A DNA stretch of 64,000 bases from a virus, in IMG/VR virus record IMGVR_UViG_3300047562_003246, positions 96,001 to 160,000 of that record; one strand, 5' to 3'. How positions within the stretch are numbered: the first letter of the stretch is position 1; each line of letters starts with the position of its first letter. The position numbers and the translations under genes were made by a program. The notes beneath the pieces are model-generated. The model was given only the letters and a program-made list of their open reading frames with translations, made no database searches and had not been told where the DNA came from. This document shows, piece after piece, positions 59,134 through 64,000 of this stretch.

Positions 59134-59925
59134 ATGGCTGTGGATATTCCAGAGGCTTTTCATTTGCAACTAACAGAATTCGACGCTTTTAACGAGGTCT
59201 CACAAGTTGGTCGAGAAGAAGTCAAAGCAAGTTTTCGGTTAGCGGAACAAGCATTAGGTCCCGCAAAACCACAACCCATGCCGTCCGTGTTTCCTGCGGA
59301 ACTTACACCTGAAGAAAGTAACGCTTGTTGGAAGCAAGCTAAAAAAGAGTTATTGTCGAAAGGTGTAGCAGATAAACACGCTATACAGAGAAGGGCTATT
59401 GAGCTTATTCAGCAAGCATCGTTTACAAAAGCAAGTAGGTTGGATCAGGAGGCTGCAAGAAAGCGAGACAAAGTTACTATGCCAAATCCCAAAAAGAAAA
59501 AGAAACGTATTCGTTTAACTCCAGAGGTAAGTAAGCCCGCAGAATCTGCGATGAAACGTCCGATTAAGCAGCGACCAATAAAACAGTCTGTCTCTAAAAT
59601 GCTTCGAGTCGACGAACCTGAACCGGTTAAGAAACGAAGCAGCATTAATGAGCCATACGAGATTAGCCTCACTTATAACGACATGACGGTTACTACGCGA
59701 GCTGTCCGTGTTATCGATGATCCCGATAATGTTGTGTTGATGCTTGCCTCGAAACGCAGAAAACAACTGCTGCACATCGTCGGCGCAAGAGATACTGAGT
59801 TCGGTGAGCTGATGATATCTTACAAAGGTCAGGCGAATTTCAGGAATGTTTTGATTCGCCCATTTCGTTTCCAAGACAACAATACTATTTACATTTTGTT
59901 TGTTGTCGTTCCAGATGGTGCTTAA
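59134..59925 (+). CDS. hypothetical basic protein
   Basis: 263 aa ORF. Confidence 0.6.
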   Translation: MAVDIPEAFHLQLTEFDAFNEVSQVGREEVKASFRLAEQALGPAKPQPMPSVFPAELTPEESNACWKQAKKELLSKGVADKHAIQRRAIELIQQASFTKASRLDQEAARKRDKVTMPNPKKKKKRIRLTPEVSKPAESAMKRPIKQRPIKQSVSKMLRVDEPEPVKKRSSINEPYEISLTYNDMTVTTRAVRVIDDPDNVVLMLASKRRKQLLHIVGARDTEFGELMISYKGQANFRNVLIRPFRFQDNNTIYILFVVVPDGA

Positions 59926-59927
59926 AA

Positions 59928-60071
59928 ATGGAAAAAACTGGCGAAGTTACAAAAGAGACTCCCGTAGGTACTAGCGACGTAGGTGCCGATATCAAGGATC
60001 CGGCTAAACTGGAGCAGGACTTCGATAAGCAAGCTAGTGACTTGGCAAAACAGCAGTTGAAAGAAAAATGA
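59928..60071 (+). CDS. small hypothetical protein (47 aa, absent from the ORF track)
   Basis: MEKTGEVTKETPVG..QQLKEK; its TGA overlaps the portal ATG (ATGA). Confidence 0.5.
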   Translation: MEKTGEVTKETPVGTSDVGADIKDPAKLEQDFDKQASDLAKQQLKEK

Positions 60072-61963
60072 AACACTTTGCGTGTCCAGATGACGTTTAC
60101 AGTGGATTCTCTCGAAGCAATTTTTCAAGGGCAAGAGGTAAGCATCCTTACCCGTTCTTGGATCCAGCAAGCCAGGCTAGTCCTCGGACTTGGCGAGAAA
60201 TCCACGAATGGGGATCACTCTGTATCGAACGCTCCCCTGAATTTGTTGACGCGCATAGAAAGCTTTATTCTTATTTCAACACTAGGCTTAAGTTTGCTTC
60301 ATCTACATCGGACGATCAGCAGCTCTCTAGCGATGAAGAGCGAAATTTGTCCGACATGTTCGAGAAGAAACTTAACTACAGTGCTAACGTACTGCAGCTA
60401 GGAATCAGTGTTGCAGCTTATGGTTCGCAGATAGTGACCATACAGCGAAAATGTCAGCGCAAGTTGGTTTGTCCGCATCCAGAATGTGGTGCGGTGATCG
60501 ACATGCTGACCGGTGCAAGAGAGATGAAGATTGATTTCAGGTATGACTACAATTCCTGTAAATTTCTTTATCGATGTCCTGCCGAAGGTTGCCCTAACAG
60601 ACGAGCCCTTGTCCCTGCGATCGTCAAAGATTGGTATCGCAAAGACATTGATTCGTTGACGATTAAGCAGTGGCCACCTGACGAAATGCTAATCGATTAT
60701 TACCTGTGGACAGACACGGATGACATCTATTGGCGTATACCTGAGTATTACAAGCAGGCGGTTCGCCGGGGACACCTGGAGACGTTAGCCGAAGCTGATC
60801 TAGATGTACTCAAAGCGATTCGCGGCAATAATCTGTTTAGGTTTTACCGCGATCGAGTTTTTCACGCTAAGGAAATGAGTATCGCTGGGTTAGGTTTGCG
60901 AGGAAGAGGATTACCGAGATCGCTTTTGCTTGGACCGCAAATCTACATGCTGCAGGTATTTAGGCATCAAAACCAAATACTTGGTATGGACTACCTTTTA
61001 CCTATGGGCATCTTTTCTCTGGATGATACGCCCAAAGGCGTTGAATATTCTGGTCCACAAAGTTCGCTTAATCTTGGGCAATTTTCTAATGATATTAATC
61101 GTGCTTTGGCGGCGCATCGAGAGGATCCTACGCAGCGGTTTGCGTTTCCCTACGCTCTTCGCTATCAGATTGTCGGCGGCGAAGCTAGTCAGTTGGCTCC
61201 CGTACAGTTAATTGAAAACAGCAAAGCAGACGTATATGAAGGTGCTGGTGTTCCGCTTGAGATGTGGCGAGGATCTCTATCGATTCAAGTGATGCCTGTA
61301 GCTGCGAGGCTTTATGAGGCGTCTCACAAGACGATACCAACTTTGTTCAATCGATTTGCTGGTTTTGTCGCTAAACGAGTGTCGGAAGATTTAGAACGAG
61401 ATCCGTTCGACGCTTATCACGAAGAAAGCACAATTGTTGCGGACATCCAGAAAATGGCTGTTGTTTCGCAAGGTGTGCAGCTTGGTCACACCAGTCGTGG
61501 GTTACTCTACGAAAGTTTCGGTATCGATTCGGATATCGAGCGAGATCGTCGTATCGACGAATTGCTTGCCGACGCAAGAGCGGAACAGAAGTTGCAGAAG
61601 AAGCTGGAAAGTGAGCAACTTACCTTACAAATGCAGGCCATGCCGCAACCAGTGGGCGCGCAGGATCCTACAGCCGCGCAACAAGGCGGACAAGCACCTG
61701 AGTCAGCGATGCCGCCAAACATGGCACCTTCTCAAGGTTTGGCTGTAGCCAACATGAGCATCCAGCAGCTAGGAGCCGAAGCGGAGCGTATAGCTGCTCA
61801 ATTGATTGACCCGTCTTTGCCGCAGGCTCAGGTTAATCAACAGTTGGCGATGGTGAAGTCACAAAGTCCAGAGCTTCATAGCTTGGTTCGTCAAGCAATG
61901 GATAAAATGAGACAACAGGCTGCAGCACAAGGGCAGCATGCCGTGTTATCTGGACAAGTATAG
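60068..61963 (+). CDS. probable portal protein
   Basis: 631 aa; PYPFLD N-terminus, FH..(x)n..GRGLP segment, helical core and Gln/Ala-rich disordered C-terminus as in large-phage portals; contains a Cys4 insertion. Confidence 0.55.
   Translation: MKHFACPDDVYSGFSRSNFSRARGKHPYPFLDPASQASPRTWREIHEWGSLCIERSPEFVDAHRKLYSYFNTRLKFASSTSDDQQLSSDEERNLSDMFEKKLNYSANVLQLGISVAAYGSQIVTIQRKCQRKLVCPHPECGAVIDMLTGAREMKIDFRYDYNSCKFLYRCPAEGCPNRRALVPAIVKDWYRKDIDSLTIKQWPPDEMLIDYYLWTDTDDIYWRIPEYYKQAVRRGHLETLAEADLDVLKAIRGNNLFRFYRDRVFHAKEMSIAGLGLRGRGLPRSLLLGPQIYMLQVFRHQNQILGMDYLLPMGIFSLDDTPKGVEYSGPQSSLNLGQFSNDINRALAAHREDPTQRFAFPYALRYQIVGGEASQLAPVQLIENSKADVYEGAGVPLEMWRGSLSIQVMPVAARLYEASHKTIPTLFNRFAGFVAKRVSEDLERDPFDAYHEESTIVADIQKMAVVSQGVQLGHTSRGLLYESFGIDSDIERDRRIDELLADARAEQKLQKKLESEQLTLQMQAMPQPVGAQDPTAAQQGGQAPESAMPPNMAPSQGLAVANMSIQQLGAEAERIAAQLIDPSLPQAQVNQQLAMVKSQSPELHSLVRQAMDKMRQQAAAQGQHAVLSGQV
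61122..61131 (+). repeat. dispersed motif, partial copy AGGATCCTAC
   Basis: In the portal gene, read as E-D-P-T. Confidence 0.5.
61658..61671 (+). repeat. dispersed motif, exact copy
   Basis: In the portal gene, read as A-Q-D-P-T. Confidence 0.9.
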
Positions 61964-61975
61964 CGAACGTTAGAT

Positions 61976-62767
61976 ATGTCAAAACCGAAAAACTACCTTG
62001 AAAGGCAGGTGCTTGTTAAGCAGGCAATATCCTTTCGACCTAGAGGATTAGGTAAGCGAATATCTAACTGGGCTTCTTCTGCGACCAAGAATCCAAAGGA
62101 AAAAGCTTACAACTTCGGTAAGCTTTTAGTGACAGGTAACGAGCTAGAGGGTGCTCTTGCCGGTGCGCAATTATTTACTGGCTACGCTCCAGGTCTTTTT
62201 ACGTCGTTAGGTTTAGGTGTTGGTTTTGACATCGCCAGACCTCACGTAAAAAAGCTTATTCAAGGTGCAGACAATAGACTGTTAAGTAGATGGGGAGACA
62301 CCGGTATTTACGGCGATATCCGTAAAAATTTAGGAAAAGGTTATGGCACGTTCAGGACGGCGTCTAAGCTCGCTCCGCTAGCTCAAGCAGCAGGCGGCGT
62401 GCAGCAAATGATGGTAGGTTTCAATCAGTTTGACCCTGCTATGTCAATTGAGATCGGCAAAGAACGTACAATGCAACAGTTAGCAAATTCACTAGGTTAT
62501 GAGGATATTGGCAGCCTCAAATATGATGTTGATCAGCTGCGACCAGCGATAAGCGGAGTGTCTGCGATAAGCGGCGGACTTGGGAATATTGTTAATCGTT
62601 TGAGATCACCAGCAATACAATCAAGATTATCACAATTAAGTGATGACGATATAGAACAATTAGCCGGTCAGGCTATTGGAACTTACGGTAGTGCCTTTTT
62701 GGACCGTAATAAATATGATCAGGCGGCGATGATTGATTTCTTTAATCGCCAAGCAAGGGGACTATGA
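61976..62767 (+). CDS. hypothetical protein (possibly virion-internal)
   Basis: 263 aa Gly/Ala-rich ORF after the portal. Confidence 0.55.
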   Translation: MSKPKNYLERQVLVKQAISFRPRGLGKRISNWASSATKNPKEKAYNFGKLLVTGNELEGALAGAQLFTGYAPGLFTSLGLGVGFDIARPHVKKLIQGADNRLLSRWGDTGIYGDIRKNLGKGYGTFRTASKLAPLAQAAGGVQQMMVGFNQFDPAMSIEIGKERTMQQLANSLGYEDIGSLKYDVDQLRPAISGVSAISGGLGNIVNRLRSPAIQSRLSQLSDDDIEQLAGQAIGTYGSAFLDRNKYDQAAMIDFFNRQARGL

Positions 62768-63081
62768 TGCTTGAAGCAACGATAATTGTCAGATTGTGTG
62801 GGTACACTCGGGGCTCTCAGTTCGAGCGAATTTTGCTCGATATCGAAGGACCAGGGGTTGCTTTGGCACCGATCGATGTCACAGACAAAATGGGTAAGAC
62901 TGTCAGCTTTCGCGTACCAGCCGACACTGTACTGGCTTACGGTATCAGGGTCGAACGGCCCAACGCAGGGGATATGTATTTCGCAAAAACCACGAACTTT
63001 GTGGTGAGTGGCCCCCAAGAGAAGCTACCGATTACCCAGTTCGTTCGCGATGCGATCTGCTCGGCAATCGTACAGAGGTAA
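62764..63081 (+). CDS. hypothetical protein
   Basis: 105 aa ORF. Confidence 0.55.
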   Translation: MMLEATIIVRLCGYTRGSQFERILLDIEGPGVALAPIDVTDKMGKTVSFRVPADTVLAYGIRVERPNAGDMYFAKTTNFVVSGPQEKLPITQFVRDAICSAIVQR

Positions 63082-63095
63082 GTATTTTCCGGTTA

Positions 63096-63171
63096 GTGTT
63101 GTTGCTTAATCTGCCAATTCCGTGCACAATCTTATCGCTGCAACAACGCGAAAAGAAGGAATTGGCAAGTG
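63096..63171 (+). promoter_or_regulatory. candidate RBS-sequestering pseudoknot or switch RNA in a 5' leader
   Basis: Two interleaved 10-bp helices: 63096-63105 with 63140-63149, and 63112-63121 with 63158-63167; the second covers the AAGGA Shine-Dalgarno before GTG 63169. Confidence 0.45.
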
Positions 63172-63906
63172 ACGATACGTTGGAAAGCCTGCGTCGTAGC
63201 TACGTCTACATCATCCAAACTGAACGAAGTAAGCATCGATCAGTTACAGCAGAGCGGCTGGGAAGATATTTTGGTCTATGCGCCCAGGGGTGCAAGACTT
63301 TCCGATAGACATGACGTTGCTCTATGTCGTTGTAACAACGTCAGCATTAAAGATCAGAATTGCGATTATCAGATGGTTTATACTGCACTTGATGCAGTGA
63401 TAACCGCTTCGATGCGAGATACAACGTTTATCGTTGTGGCAAAGCCAGGAGTATTCTGCTGGGAGCAATTACAGCATTATTGTGAGTCTCAGTTAGAGCC
63501 GAGCAGATTAGCTGTTTATTGTTTCAATACTCCAAATCTGTTATTTGACTCAGAACGATGTCGAAGACCTGAACCGTATAACGGCGATGGCTTTTATAGG
63601 ATTGCAGTCAAAGACAGACTTCTAGCTGCGGATTTCTTTGTACTGACACCAGCTACGGCAAAAGTTTTGCTAGCTATCTTGCCTAACGTCGAAAAGGAAG
63701 ACCACACCAAGGCAGAGGCATTTAATACGTTTGCACACGCACTTGGTAACGCAGCTTTTAATATGCGATCGCTTGAGCTTTACTATCACATGCGATCACT
63801 AGTAAGGACGCACGGCGCTCCGTGCGACGATTTTGTCGGTGTTAGTTACGTTATGCCGAACAAAGAACTAAACGAGATTAAAGATCTCAATGTTTGGAAG
63901 GCGTGA
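63169..63906 (+). CDS. hypothetical protein, possibly a degenerate GT-A glycosyltransferase-like fold
   Basis: 245 aa; weak pattern resemblance only (LQQSGW..YAP; TFIVV; LAADFFVLTPATA); no DxD motif. Confidence 0.3.
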   Translation: MTIRWKACVVATSTSSKLNEVSIDQLQQSGWEDILVYAPRGARLSDRHDVALCRCNNVSIKDQNCDYQMVYTALDAVITASMRDTTFIVVAKPGVFCWEQLQHYCESQLEPSRLAVYCFNTPNLLFDSERCRRPEPYNGDGFYRIAVKDRLLAADFFVLTPATAKVLLAILPNVEKEDHTKAEAFNTFAHALGNAAFNMRSLELYYHMRSLVRTHGAPCDDFVGVSYVMPNKELNEIKDLNVWKA

Positions 63907-63950
63907 TTAACAAGTGTTTTGTTGAATGGTTTCTCTAGAAAAGGAAAGGT

Positions 63951-64000
63951 ATGAGTTACATCGAAAGAAAGCAAGTTCAGGCTAATGACCCTGAAGTAGT
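63951..64000 (+). CDS. 5' end of a gene truncated by the window edge
   Basis: AAGGAAAGG Shine-Dalgarno followed by ATG (MSYIERKQVQANDPEV..). Confidence 0.6.
   Translation, partial: MSYIERKQVQANDPEV

Noticed and set aside
7728-61671. Dispersed 14-mer as a CRISPR repeat or IS terminal repeat
   Set aside because: Copies are kilobases apart, irregularly spaced, in both orientations and inside intact genes; there are no spacer-sized intervals, cas genes, DDE transposase or target duplications.
1-64000. Stop-codon reassignment (TAG or TGA recoding) as in some large phages
   Set aside because: Standard-code ORFs already tile the window; conserved enzymes are uninterrupted, and TAG and TGA end genes right before the next start.
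1-64000. tRNA, rRNA, integrase, reverse transcriptase/DGR or retron
   Set aside because: Intergenic gaps are short and none showed a cloverleaf; no YADD-type reverse transcriptase, recombinase motifs or template/variable repeat pair was seen. A tRNAscan-SE or Infernal run would be the definitive check.

Overview
This 64 kb window is part of a large tailed dsDNA phage genome, probably a lytic jumbo myovirus. It is densely coding under the standard genetic code, and only two substantial genes lie on the minus strand. From left to right it holds: (i) 1-18.4 kb, a contractile-tail/baseplate module (gp25-like wedge, baseplate J) with an embedded sigma-70-family gene, five apparently paralogous Cys-rich structural proteins and a collagen plus Cys-rich fibre; (ii) 18.4-28.1 kb, hypotheticals, a large Zn-finger primase-like protein and an inverted GpA-type terminase large subunit; (iii) 28.1-31.3 kb, an HUH/Rep-like gene next to a strongly C-rich, G-poor island; (iv) 31.6-55.6 kb, replication and recombination genes (RNase H, SbcD, SbcC, SF2 helicase, DnaB, DnaG, UDG-fused PolA, SSB-like protein, RecA, NUDIX, RuvC); (v) 55.6-64 kb, hypotheticals and a probable portal. 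I saw no tRNA, rRNA, CRISPR array, integrase or intein. The main unexplained signal is the 14-bp quasi-palindrome GCGCAGGATCCTAC. It occurs in nine exact copies plus several variants, on both strands, in all reading frames of unrelated genes, and it supplies the stop codon of three genes, including the HUH-like gene. All product calls come from motifs read by eye, not from database searches.
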